Below are positions 36,125 to 45,066 of a DNA stretch of 60,585 bases, in pieces. The notes under the pieces were generated by a model, which worked only from the letters and a program-made list of their open reading frames with translations, searched no databases and was not told the DNA's origin. The stretch is from a candidate division CPR2 bacterium GW2011_GWC2_39_35. Its GTDB lineage: Bacteria; Patescibacteriota; CPR2. The stretch is from assembly GCA_000995065.1 (NCBI GenBank), contig LBWX01000002.1, positions 1 to 60,585 of the forward strand, written 5' to 3'. Made by a program: the position numbers and the translations under genes. Numbering within the stretch: position 1 is the stretch's first letter; each line of letters begins with the position of its first letter.

Positions 36125-37003
36125 TTAGGAAATCAGCTCTAGCAAAGCATCACGGTTTATTTCCCAATCGCTGGCTAAAAGCTCGGAAAGCTCCACCGTT
36201 AAGGCCGCATTCCCCGTGGTTTCTTTAAACCACCTGGTAGCCGTTCCTGAAAAATCCCAATCACCATCGCCGTAATACTTGTAACCGGTCATTTCGGCGT
36301 ACCATAACGAAAGCGCCAAAGAAGATTCGTGATTGTATTCCGGGTTTACAATACCGCCTTTAGCATGGTAAGAAATCATCCGTCTTGGCTTGTATTTCTC
36401 CACTATTTCTTTAATCACTCTGCTTTCCGGCTCCGAAAAAGGCTTTTCTCCGGCAAAGGTCCCTTCTCCGCCATACTGCTGCCAATCTGTGGTCGCAAAA
36501 TTTAGATTTAAATTCACCAAATTAGCATTTAATTTGTCCGTCCGATCATAATATCCGTCCGGATTTGCAATGGGTAAAACAATTAATTTCATCTTCTCAC
36601 CAACTAAATTCGGTTTAGCCCTAATCTCTGCGACTAGCTTGTTTAAAAGATCTGTAGTTCCCATTTCGTTGCCATGAATGGAGCCAAACATAAACAAGCA
36701 GTCATCCCCCGATCCGATCTCATACCCCTCTATTGGCTTGCCCTTTATCGAATAACCAAAAGCAACCTTCCTAAATACGTTTTCTTTTGGTGTCGCCTCT
36801 TCCTCTACAATGCTAGTTGAAGGAATTGGGATAGGAGTAGGAGTGGAAATAGGAGCAATAACAATCTTACCAGCCTCTGAAATTTCTTCTTTCTGAATTT
36901 TCTTTTTAGCATGTAAAAGTTTAGATGCATAAAATGCCAGAACGCAAACTAAGATAATAATGATTAGCTTAAATGGTTTTTTTGTTTTATTTTTTGATCG
37001 CAC
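36125..37003 (-). CDS. M14-family zinc carboxypeptidase (peptidoglycan peptidase-like), membrane-anchored
   Basis: FGSIHGNEMG HxxE zinc motif. N-terminal TM helix. GTG start preceded by AAGGGGA. Confidence 0.65.
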   Translation of the reverse strand: MRSKNKTKKPFKLIIIILVCVLAFYASKLLHAKKKIQKEEISEAGKIVIAPISTPTPIPIPSTSIVEEEATPKENVFRKVAFGYSIKGKPIEGYEIGSGDDCLFMFGSIHGNEMGTTDLLNKLVAEIRAKPNLVGEKMKLIVLPIANPDGYYDRTDKLNANLVNLNLNFATTDWQQYGGEGTFAGEKPFSEPESRVIKEIVEKYKPRRMISYHAKGGIVNPEYNHESSLALSLWYAEMTGYKYYGDGDWDFSGTATRWFKETTGNAALTVELSELLASDWEINRDALLELIS

Positions 37004-37064
37004 CAGATCCCCTTAAAACTTTATCTAGAAAAACATATTAACTTGCAAAGCATATATTAGCAAG

Positions 37065-37132
37065 CTGAGAAGAAACTTAGAATAAACGAATATTATTTCC
37101 TCAGTTGTTTCTCAGCTAAATTTTGTTAAAAT
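37065..37132 (+). promoter_or_regulatory. Promoter/operator region of the two-component operon
   Basis: CTGAGAA (37065-71, inverted), TCCTCAG (37098-104), TTCTCAG (37109-115). Then TGtTAAAAT (37124-32) lies 7 nt before ATG 37140 with no SD. Confidence 0.45.
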
Positions 37133-37139
37133 AGGTCAC

Positions 37140-37817
37140 ATGAGAATTTTAGTAGTTGAAGATGATATAAAAATAGCCAATGCCCTAAAAAAAGGTTTGG
37201 AGCAAGAATCCTGGGCCGTCGATTTGGAATTTGAGGGTGATGACGGATTGGGTGCCGCCCTTACCATCGACTACGATCTAATGATTCTGGATAGAATGCT
37301 TCCCGGCTCCGTAGACGGCATGAGCATTTGTGAGACTCTAAGAGAAAAAGGGGTAAAGACGCCCATCCTGATGCTGACCGCCAAAGATAAGATAGAAGAT
37401 CGGGTTTTCGGCCTTAATTGCGGCGCAGATGATTATCTGGTAAAACCCTTTGCTTTTGAGGAGTTAGTAGCCCGAATAAAAGCCCTCCTTAGAAGACCAG
37501 AAAATAATGTCGGCACGGTTTTAAAGATTGGCGACTTGAGCCTTAATGCTATTAATCATAAAGTGGAGAGATCGGGGAAAGAAATCATCCTTTCTCCTAC
37601 CGAGTTTAGCCTTTTAGAATATCTCATGTTAAATGAAGGGCAAATATTAACCAAAGAAAGTATAATAGGTCATGTCTGGGATTTTGACGCTGATGTTTTA
37701 CCAAACACCGTTGAAGTTTATATCGGCTACCTAAGAAATAAAATCGACAAACCTTTTAAAAAACCAACCCTAATTAATACAGTTAGAGGATTTGGTTATA
37801 AAATAGGACCCAATTAA
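37140..37817 (+). CDS. OmpR-family response regulator
   Basis: Receiver domain (DLMILDRMLPG, LMLTAKD) plus winged-helix output (VRGFGYKI). Confidence 0.9.
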   Translation: MRILVVEDDIKIANALKKGLEQESWAVDLEFEGDDGLGAALTIDYDLMILDRMLPGSVDGMSICETLREKGVKTPILMLTAKDKIEDRVFGLNCGADDYLVKPFAFEELVARIKALLRRPENNVGTVLKIGDLSLNAINHKVERSGKEIILSPTEFSLLEYLMLNEGQILTKESIIGHVWDFDADVLPNTVEVYIGYLRNKIDKPFKKPTLINTVRGFGYKIGPN

Positions 37818-38840
37818 ATGTCATTTAAGCGAGCTTATCTTAAATTAACCCTTTTTTATATCGTCATTGCGATGCTTATTAGCATATTTTTCAGTGTAGT
37901 TCTGTATAGAATTTCCGCAACGGAACTAAACACAGGCTCCATAAGACAAGGAAAGGTTATGCGGGAACTAACGAATGGTAAAAATATGCCGAGGACACTT
38001 GCTGAGCTAGAGAAAATGCGCTTAGATCAACTAGAAGAAAGTAATGATAGGCTCAAAATAGATCTCATCTATTTTAATCTTGTTATCCTGATCCTTTCCG
38101 GTGGAGCCAGCTATTTGCTCGCCAGAAGAACTCTAAAACCGATAGAAGAAATGGTAGATGTCCAGAATCGCTTTACGACTGATGCCTCCCACGAGCTACG
38201 TACTCCGCTTACGGCTATGAAAACTGAAATCGAAGTAAGCCTAAGAGACAAAAAATTTAATCTCGAAGGAGCTAAAGATTTATTACAAAGTAATTTGGAA
38301 GAAATCTCTAAACTTGAAACCCTCTCAAAGGGCCTGCTTTCTTTAGCTCAATATGAAGACCAAACAAAGGTCCCTTTTTCTAAAGTTTCTTTATCCAAAA
38401 TAATAGAGGATGCCTATAAAAAAATAGAAAGCCTATCTAAAAAGAAAGAAATCGAAATTGAGTTTGACGTAAACGATTTTTTTGTAAGCGGCATTTCGCA
38501 AAGCCTAACCGAGCTCATGGTAATTTTGATGGATAACGCCATAAAATACAGCCCTAACAGGTCTAAAATATTTGTCTCTACAAGCCTCGTCGGAAAACAT
38601 GCCGTTATTAAAGTAAAAGATGAGGGTATCGGCATCAAAGCTTCTGATCAACCTCACATCTTTGACCGCTTTTATAGGGCAGATCTATCTCGTACCAAAA
38701 ATAATGCCAGCGGTTATGGTCTAGGACTTTCGATCGCTAAAAAAATCTTGGATATTCACAAAGGAAAAGTCGAAGTAGACAGCACTCCTGGAAAAGGCAC
38801 CACTTTTATTATAAAACTCCCACTTCAACCTAACCCCTAA
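37818..38840 (+). CDS. Sensor histidine kinase (HisKA + HATPase_c)
   Basis: H-box FTTDASHELRTPLT. N, G1 and G2 boxes: DNAIKY, DEGIGI, GYGLGLSIAK. Confidence 0.9.
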   Translation: MSFKRAYLKLTLFYIVIAMLISIFFSVVLYRISATELNTGSIRQGKVMRELTNGKNMPRTLAELEKMRLDQLEESNDRLKIDLIYFNLVILILSGGASYLLARRTLKPIEEMVDVQNRFTTDASHELRTPLTAMKTEIEVSLRDKKFNLEGAKDLLQSNLEEISKLETLSKGLLSLAQYEDQTKVPFSKVSLSKIIEDAYKKIESLSKKKEIEIEFDVNDFFVSGISQSLTELMVILMDNAIKYSPNRSKIFVSTSLVGKHAVIKVKDEGIGIKASDQPHIFDRFYRADLSRTKNNASGYGLGLSIAKKILDIHKGKVEVDSTPGKGTTFIIKLPLQPNP

Positions 38841-38886
38841 ATTCTTTATCTACTACAATAGTATAGAAAATCTGATGATTATTAAG

Positions 38887-38908
38887 GATTCTTTAAGCAA
38901 TTTCTCAG
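38887..38908 (+). promoter_or_regulatory. Conserved 22-nt box GATTCTTTAAGCAATTTCTCAG upstream of the small secreted protein gene
   Basis: 15/15 identity (TAAGCAATTTCTCAG) with 39489-39503. Confidence 0.5.
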
Positions 38909-38957
38909 AAAACTGCGATAAACTGTGATCATTCCAATAAAGAAAGGGGGTGAAAAA

Positions 38958-39422
38958 ATGAAAAATGATAATTCTAAACGACTTATTGCCAGTTTAGCAA
39001 TCGCAACTGTCCTAGTTGGAGCTGGAGCCATAGCAGCCGGCAATATATTGGCAGCTACCACTAACAAGACAGTGTCTGATAGGCTTTCCGAAAAGCTCGG
39101 TATCGACAAAACTAAGGTTAACACAGCCTTTGATCAGATCCACTCAGAAAGACAAGAAGAAATGAAGACTGAAATGAGCTCTAAATTGGATAAGGCGGCG
39201 ACAGACGGCGTTATTACGAGCGACCAGAAGCAACAGATCTTAGACAAACACATTGAGCTTCAAAAGCAGCGCGAAGAACAAAGAACAGCCATGGAGAAAT
39301 GGAGAACCGAGAGCGGTATCGACTTTGATAAGCTAAGCGAATATGGTATTGGCGGCTTTGGAAAAGGAATGGGAATGGGCGGTCCGAGAGGCGGACATGG
39401 CGGCATGGGAATGATGAGATAA
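38958..39422 (+). CDS. Secreted small protein with helical repeats and a Gly/Met-rich tail
   Basis: ATG 38958 after AAAGGGGG. Signal-like LIASLAIATVLVGAGAIAAG. Tail GGFGKGMGMGGPRGGHGGMGMMR. Confidence 0.5.
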   Translation: MKNDNSKRLIASLAIATVLVGAGAIAAGNILAATTNKTVSDRLSEKLGIDKTKVNTAFDQIHSERQEEMKTEMSSKLDKAATDGVITSDQKQQILDKHIELQKQREEQRTAMEKWRTESGIDFDKLSEYGIGGFGKGMGMGGPRGGHGGMGMMR

Positions 39423-39482
39423 TTACAATTAAATACACAAATTTTTTAAAACAGTCTCTAAGGGGGGGCTGTTTTAAAAATT

Positions 39483-39503
39483 GATTTCTAAGCAATTTCT
39501 CAG
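39483..39503 (+). promoter_or_regulatory. Second copy of the GATTTCTAAGCAATTTCTCAG box, upstream of the ABC permease gene
   Basis: See 38887-38908. Confidence 0.5.
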
Positions 39504-39543
39504 TTTTTTAATATATTCTTTAAGACAGTAATAAAGGAGAATC

Positions 39544-41184
39544 ATGTTTTATTTACAGTACTTAAAAGCCGAACTCCTAAGGCGTTGGAGCAAAACACTA
39601 ACTATTTCTCTTGGCCTTGCCATTGCCGGCGCAATAATTATCGCCATCATTTCTGTCTCCCAGAGTTTATCTACGGCTCAAAAGACCGTTTTAAACCCGT
39701 TAGAAAACGTGGGTACGGATGTGATGGTCTCTAGATCGGTAGGAGCCGAGGGAGCCAGGCAGCTCGACGAAGCCACCAGGACCGAGTTTCTCGCCGACAA
39801 CAAAATAGAAACTGATCTTTCTAAATACGGTAATCCCGGCGATCAGTTTTCTCATGACAATTTCTTAAGCGGCAGCATGCTTACGTTTGCGGATACCGAA
39901 ACCAAAAAAATTGACGCGAACCTTATAAAGGACTATGCTTCCGGACTTATCTTAAGCGTCACCCATCAGGAGGGTAAAATTCCCAAAGTAACCGCCGAGT
40001 TCGAAACCGGTGGGGACAAAATTCAGATTAATAGAGCCATCGAGCCTATGACCGACACCGAAAGAGCCGCAGCTGATGCCGCCAGGCAAAACGCTGAAGC
40101 CGATTTAAAGGCAAAAGGCATTGATCCCAGATCGGAAGAAGGACGCAAAGCGGTTCATGATGCTTCGGATGCTGTTATTCCAGAAAGATTTAAGAATTTT
40201 AAAATGGAATATACCACCGAAAGAAAAACATATTCCCAAGATATCGGACCAATCGCTACCGACATTAAAACCGAAAATTTTACCGTTGCCGGAGTAGATA
40301 CTTCCAAACCTAACATCGGACTTATTTTACCTGATCAAATTGTGAATGGTCAGTATTTTAACGGTGCCGATCAAATTGTGGTAAATAGATCTTATGCCGA
40401 CAAGAAAAGTCTTCAAACCGACGGCAAACTGTCTCTTGGAGGCAAGGAGTTTACGGTTATCGGTATTGTCGAACCGAAATTATACACTAATACAGCCGAT
40501 CTCTATCTTCCATTATCAGATTTGCAAAAACTGGCCGGAAAAGATAGTCGAATTAATGTTCTATTACTTAAATCAACCAATTCCTATTCCGTTGAAGAAG
40601 CCAGTAAAAAGATAGCCGAACTTTTTCCGGGCGCTAAAGTTACCAACTCTTCCGACACCGCCGCGCAAGTTTCCGGATCTTTAGTATCAGCCGCTAATCT
40701 CACAAACAAATTTATCGGAATAACAAGCATCATTGTAGTCATCGCTTCTTTTATCATTGTAAGCCTTCTTACAGTTTTATCGGTTAATAAGAGGGTGCGA
40801 GAAATTGGCACCCTAAAAGCTATCGGCTGGAGTAACACTTCGGTTATCAGACAAATTCTTTTGGAAAATACGATGCTTGGAATCTTAGGAGCCATTATTG
40901 GCATCGGTTTTGGCTTGAGCATCATTGTTATCTTAAACCGATTTGGAATTTCTCTTTCGGCAACTATCGCTAGCATGAGTTCTGAGGGAGGCCTTATGAG
41001 ACGCTTTGCCGGTAATGCCACAAATAACCTCACAACCTCGGTGGAACTAAAAGTCGCTATTAACTACTTGATTTTACTCTTGGGGGCCGGTGTTGCCATA
41101 ATTGGGTCGATTCTAGCCGGCGGCTTAGCCGCCTTTAAAGCGTCTCGCATGAAACCTCAAGAAGCCTTAAGAAATTTGGAATAA
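39544..41184 (+). CDS. FtsX/MacB-type ABC transporter permease with large extracytoplasmic domain
   Basis: N-terminal TM helix, roughly 330-aa loop, then three C-terminal helices with the FtsX-like REIGTLKAIGW motif. Confidence 0.75.
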   Translation: MFYLQYLKAELLRRWSKTLTISLGLAIAGAIIIAIISVSQSLSTAQKTVLNPLENVGTDVMVSRSVGAEGARQLDEATRTEFLADNKIETDLSKYGNPGDQFSHDNFLSGSMLTFADTETKKIDANLIKDYASGLILSVTHQEGKIPKVTAEFETGGDKIQINRAIEPMTDTERAAADAARQNAEADLKAKGIDPRSEEGRKAVHDASDAVIPERFKNFKMEYTTERKTYSQDIGPIATDIKTENFTVAGVDTSKPNIGLILPDQIVNGQYFNGADQIVVNRSYADKKSLQTDGKLSLGGKEFTVIGIVEPKLYTNTADLYLPLSDLQKLAGKDSRINVLLLKSTNSYSVEEASKKIAELFPGAKVTNSSDTAAQVSGSLVSAANLTNKFIGITSIIVVIASFIIVSLLTVLSVNKRVREIGTLKAIGWSNTSVIRQILLENTMLGILGAIIGIGFGLSIIVILNRFGISLSATIASMSSEGGLMRRFAGNATNNLTTSVELKVAINYLILLLGAGVAIIGSILAGGLAAFKASRMKPQEALRNLE

Positions 41185-41193
41185 GGAGACAAA

Positions 41194-41880
41194 ATGAAAA
41201 TTATCGAAATAAAAAACCTCATGAAACAATACAAGCAAGGCACTAAAACCATCAGTGCTGTGAATGATATAAGTATTGATGTCAAAAAAGGCGACTTTTT
41301 GGTCATTATTGGGCCTTCCGGCAGCGGTAAAAGCACGCTTTTACAGCTTATTGGCGGCCTGGATAAACCCACTAAGGGAGAATTAAAGATCGAAAACGAA
41401 GATCTCGCCAAAATGTGCGATAAGAAAATAACGAATTTAAGACAAAAAAAGATCGGTTTTATTTTTCAAAGCTTTAATCTAATCCCAACTTTAACCGCAA
41501 AACAAAACGTGGAAGCCGCCATTGCCGAAAGATCAAAACAAGATACCGAAAAGACTCGGGAAGCTCTTAAAAGAGTGGGTCTTTTAGAAAGAGAGGGCCA
41601 TTTGCCGAGTCTTCTTTCCGGCGGCGAACAACAGCGAGTGGCTATTGCCAGAGCTCTCATCAATAAACCACAAATCATCTTAGCTGACGAACCGACAGGC
41701 AACTTAGATACCAAAACCGGAGAAGAAATCTTAGACATCCTGGAAGAGTTAAATAAAAATGGCGAAACCATCATCCTTATTACTCACTCCGAATACGCAA
41801 AAAAGTATGCTACCAGAATCGTGGAGATAAGAGATGGTAAAATTAGCGAATCGGCTAAATCTAAAGCGCCTCTAAACTAA
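41194..41880 (+). CDS. ABC transporter ATP-binding protein (MacB/LolD class)
   Basis: Walker [10 protein letters not shown], signature [15 protein letters not shown], Walker [12 protein letters not shown]. Confidence 0.9.
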   Translation: MKIIEIKNLMKQYKQGTKTISAVNDISIDVKKGDFLVIIGPSGSGKSTLLQLIGGLDKPTKGELKIENEDLAKMCDKKITNLRQKKIGFIFQSFNLIPTLTAKQNVEAAIAERSKQDTEKTREALKRVGLLEREGHLPSLLSGGEQQRVAIARALINKPQIILADEPTGNLDTKTGEEILDILEELNKNGETIILITHSEYAKKYATRIVEIRDGKISESAKSKAPLN

Positions 41881-42151
41881 CTACTGCGAACTGATCTCCT
41901 TCTTCTTTTCTAACCCGTTTAAAAAATTCGCACTTCTTACAACAGCCAATTTTTTTGGCGATCGTTCCCTCAGCTTGACCCTTACAGAGAGTACCGCTTA
42001 AGGCCCAACAAGCGCGACCGCCATATTTGCCTCCGTTAGTTCCATTAGTAACAATATCAATAGCGGCATAACAAACGCCGTATTCGTCAATTTTATTGCC
42101 ACTTGGCTGCCTGCCACATTTATGGAATTCCCAACAATTGGCTTTATCCAT
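41861..42151 (-). CDS. Small Cys-rich protein with a two-CW-like domain
   Basis: NCWEFHKCGR...GRACWALSGTLC...CCKKCEFF with eight Cys in 96 aa. SD GGAGGG upstream. 3' end overlaps the ABC ATPase gene by 20 nt, in convergent orientation. Confidence 0.5.
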   Translation of the reverse strand: MDKANCWEFHKCGRQPSGNKIDEYGVCYAAIDIVTNGTNGGKYGGRACWALSGTLCKGQAEGTIAKKIGCCKKCEFFKRVRKEEGDQFAVVSLEAL

Positions 42152-42421
42152 AATCCCTCCTGTATTTACCTAACTTTAGGTTACAGCAAAAAGATTAACG
42201 AAAGATAAAGATAAGGCCCTAGCTTAAATAATAATCCTTCCTAAAGTAGCAAAAGCATTTTTCATTGTTATGTCCTAATTGCATTCGGCAACAAATTTTA
42301 AAACCAAAAAATGATCCCTTAACGTCTCGAGGATCACTTTTCCTCCCAAATAAATCATCTTAATGATTTGCTTGGGAGGGAGCCGGAATTTTTAAACTCT
42401 GGGGGAGTTCTATAATCCGGC

Positions 42422-42844
42422 TTAGTCTGAATACAACTTACATTTTGCGTTGTCAGATTGCAATGCGTTGAAATTTGGGGCTTGAAGAATTACTTCAAGA
42501 AAGAGCATAAGAAGATCCAAAAGCCCACGGCTTTTCTCGAAATAGTTTAGGCTGTGACATTTTAAGATATCGTCTCCTCTTTGCTGTAAGGAAGACACGA
42601 TGCCTTTTAGTCGTTTTGGTTCTAAGTCCGAGATAAGAAGAAGCTGCGGGATGAGTTGAGCTAAATCCTTCTCTACTCCTAAGAGAATTAGATTGTCGCC
42701 GCTCTTTTTAAAGTACGCATAATCTTTGACTACTTGATCTAGAAGATCAGGATCAAATACCAACGGTGCTTCCCGATCCAGGCTTCTTAAAATATCTTGA
42801 GGGAACCTCCAGCCTTTTTTTGACACGCCTTCTATTTTTTTCAT
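42422..42844 (-). CDS. Hypothetical protein
   Basis: Intact ORF. Preferred start is MKKIEG at 42844. No motif recognised. Confidence 0.4.
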   Translation of the reverse strand: MKKIEGVSKKGWRFPQDILRSLDREAPLVFDPDLLDQVVKDYAYFKKSGDNLILLGVEKDLAQLIPQLLLISDLEPKRLKGIVSSLQQRGDDILKCHSLNYFEKSRGLLDLLMLFLEVILQAPNFNALQSDNAKCKLYSD

Positions 42845-43048
42845 AACTAACCTTTCTCTTCTAACGTCATCAAAACAGGGACAATAGAGTATGCCAAAAC
42901 TGTCGTTTAAGAAAGCAGCAATAAGAATCATTAATCAAGACTTGAACAGCAACATAGCGCTTTATGATTGTATTAAGGTACCTTGGCCACGAATTATAAT
43001 ATAAAATCGATAACATGTAAAGAAAAGTGGGGAAGAGGAAGGATGGTA

Positions 43049-43078
43049 AAGGGTCGAATTTCTAAGCATTCGACCCTT
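43049..43078. repeat. Hairpin AAGGGTCGAAT-loop-ATTCGACCCTT, related in word content to the REP family; possible terminator of the GT2 gene
   Basis: Perfect 11-bp arms, 33 nt downstream of the GT2 stop. Confidence 0.5.
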
Positions 43079-43110
43079 GCCTTCACTTAACCTTGTCTTT
43101 CGTATCTAAT

Positions 43111-43929
43111 TTATGCTGACTTTCGATAGTTTAGCCGTTTACGATTCTTAATAGCCCAGGCTATGCCTCCTATTATTTCCCGATACATTTTCATCCTGTA
43201 TCGAAATCCGCGAGCAAACTGCTCAAAACGTTTTCGAGCCCAAGCGGCATCGTCTTTGCCAACATCAGCTTTCTGTTCCTTTAAGAGCTGGCTAACACCG
43301 GAAAAAGTTACAATTCTAGTTCGGATGCCGTTTATCAGACAACAAGCTGTAATGGCAATCTCAATCCCGAAATTTGAAACATCAATCTTTTCAAACATCG
43401 CTTCCACATCTTTTCTGTAAAACGCTCTTGTACCGGAAAGGATTGGAAACATAAAGTTCGCAATCTTAGTAAAGCTTAGTCCAGGCCGAAAAATTCCGAC
43501 GACCATTATTCCCGGTCTTAGACCGTAGAGGAGCCCTAAAATATGATCTAATTTGAGGTTTAAAAGATCAGCGTCAAGAAAAATGATGATCTCCCCTCTT
43601 GAGGCTTCAACTCCCGTTTTTAGGGCTTGGCCCTTACCGTAATTTGAAAGATGATAAACCATCCTGGCCCCTGGAAGCTCGGGAAGGCGCCTAACCGAAC
43701 CGTCGCAAACTACAATCACTTCAAGGACGTAAGGCGCTAGCACATCAACAATCTTTTGAATAACTTGGGGAATTTCGTTGTAGGCAGGAATTATGACGGA
43801 AACCTTGGGAAGCAAAGCCCTGCTTTTTCCATAAGCATGTTTCTCTTTAGCTTTCTCTGCCTTCATAATTAGCTTGGTTATTGCAATCACAACGATCAAA
43901 GCCATAAGGCTTGCTACTAAAATCTCCAT
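43111..43929 (-). CDS. Family 2 glycosyltransferase, membrane-anchored
   Basis: VSVIIPAYNE and FLDADL (DxD) motifs. N-terminal TM helix. SD AAAAGGAG. Confidence 0.75.
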   Translation of the reverse strand: MEILVASLMALIVVIAITKLIMKAEKAKEKHAYGKSRALLPKVSVIIPAYNEIPQVIQKIVDVLAPYVLEVIVVCDGSVRRLPELPGARMVYHLSNYGKGQALKTGVEASRGEIIIFLDADLLNLKLDHILGLLYGLRPGIMVVGIFRPGLSFTKIANFMFPILSGTRAFYRKDVEAMFEKIDVSNFGIEIAITACCLINGIRTRIVTFSGVSQLLKEQKADVGKDDAAWARKRFEQFARGFRYRMKMYREIIGGIAWAIKNRKRLNYRKSA

Positions 43930-44091
43930 CTGACTCCTAAACTCCTTTTATCCGGTTTGCAGATATTCTTATTTTAACAGTAACGGACCCCTGCCGGCTA
44001 TTATTAAATAACGCTTTTCCCCCTACGACAACATTAACGCACAAATTTAGCCACAGATTGCGATAAAGAAATTTTACCCCAATAAATGGGA

Positions 44092-44433
44092 AAGCTCACA
44101 CATTCAATAATCGAAAGGTGAGCTTATAGGCTCAGATAATTCCACCCAGGTGATGATTATCTGTTAGTTTGCGGTTGGTGAACCGGTATGATAGCGTTGG
44201 ACGCGATATCATGGGTTGGTTCACCAACTTGCTTGAGGTGGCACATGTTCTCAGATCCGAAGATCTGCTAACATCCGGGCGGATCCAATATTAATCTAAA
44301 GGATCAGGTTGTTGGCTGGATCCGCCGCTAAGGAGGGTTGCACGCGCAACCGAGCCTACCGAGGGTAGGCATTTATATAATCTAGCGATTGTCGGGAATA
44401 AAGGTGCTTTAATGCTCTAATCGTACGATTAGA
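44092..44433 (-). ncRNA. Hairpin-dense structured region: a candidate long 5' leader of the GT2 gene or an independent ncRNA
   Basis: Eight perfect stems in plus-strand coordinates: 44092-99/44118-25; 44134-40/44156-62; 44174-84/44218-28; 44252-67; 44278-86/44318-26; 44336-51; 44354-70; 44416-33. On the minus strand one loop reads UUCG. No ORF of 60 aa or more. Confidence 0.45.
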
Positions 44434-44496
44434 CTTACAAAAACGCCCAACATGTTTACCGCTAGGATAAAGTACTAACCAAAACTGCGTATCGAG

Positions 44497-44525
44497 AGTT
44501 TACCACATCTTCTCAAAAAAGTCAA
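44497..44525 (-). promoter_or_regulatory. Sigma70-like promoter TTGACT-17 nt-TAAACT on the minus strand
   Basis: -35 at 44525-44520 and -10 at 44502-44497. Would start a transcript at about 44490 that runs through the structured region toward the GT2 gene. Confidence 0.4.
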
Positions 44526-44653
44526 TACTAAATCCGGGGAGCCCGCAACCGCCACCCTTAGCTGATTAAATGAGTAAGACGACATTTGTTTGAAGCTGAA
44601 GTAAAATTGCTTTACTGTCTGAACTTTTCTAAGTGATGCGGGATTACCAATAG

Positions 44654-44884
44654 TTACCTATCCATATCCCTGTCAGAATCTCTAAAGTATTTCCGAAATG
44701 CCCATCTTTTGTAACGCCTAGCCTTAGTGAAGGCAAGCAAAATGTAGGCCCCGACTAATATTAAAAGAAGTGGCCATAAAATATCTAAAAAACTAACCGG
44801 AAGAGTAATTAGATTTAAGTTTGCCAGAAGATAGATCAGGCCGATAATAAGAAGGGCTGTGCCAATTAACATATTTGACTCCAC
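44654..44884 (-). CDS. Small two/three-helix membrane protein with basic tail
   Basis: LIGTALLIIGLIYLLANL...ILWPLLLILVGAYILLAF then KARRYKRWAFRKYFR. Confidence 0.45.
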   Translation of the reverse strand: MESNMLIGTALLIIGLIYLLANLNLITLPVSFLDILWPLLLILVGAYILLAFTKARRYKRWAFRKYFRDSDRDMDR

Positions 44885-45066
44885 TAATTAATAAACTTAA
44901 ACTTATCTTAAGAAACTGGCAAGAGATTTTCATTGTCTAAACAAACAAACCTATAGCACTCTAAAAAATAATAAACCGTTTTAGTACGCATTTGATAAAT
45001 ATTTACTTCTGGTAAATAACTAATAAATTCCTTAACCCCTAACTTTATGATAAAATTAAGCCTGAA

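Noticed and set aside
42342-42379. Hairpin CCTCCCAA..AAATCAT-CTTA-ATGATTT..TTGGGAGG as a terminator.
   Set aside because: No U-run follows it on the minus strand, which is the strand of both neighbouring genes. It may be regulatory, since it contains SD and anti-SD-like words, but I cannot support a specific role.
44092-44433. Known riboswitch or housekeeping RNA classes for the GT2 leader: cobalamin, TPP, SAM, FMN, c-di-GMP, M-box and RNase P.
   Set aside because: None of the conserved core sequences I can recall is present. The partial word similarity to the M-box 3' end (AAGCUC..CGAUU..UUGAA) is too short to count.
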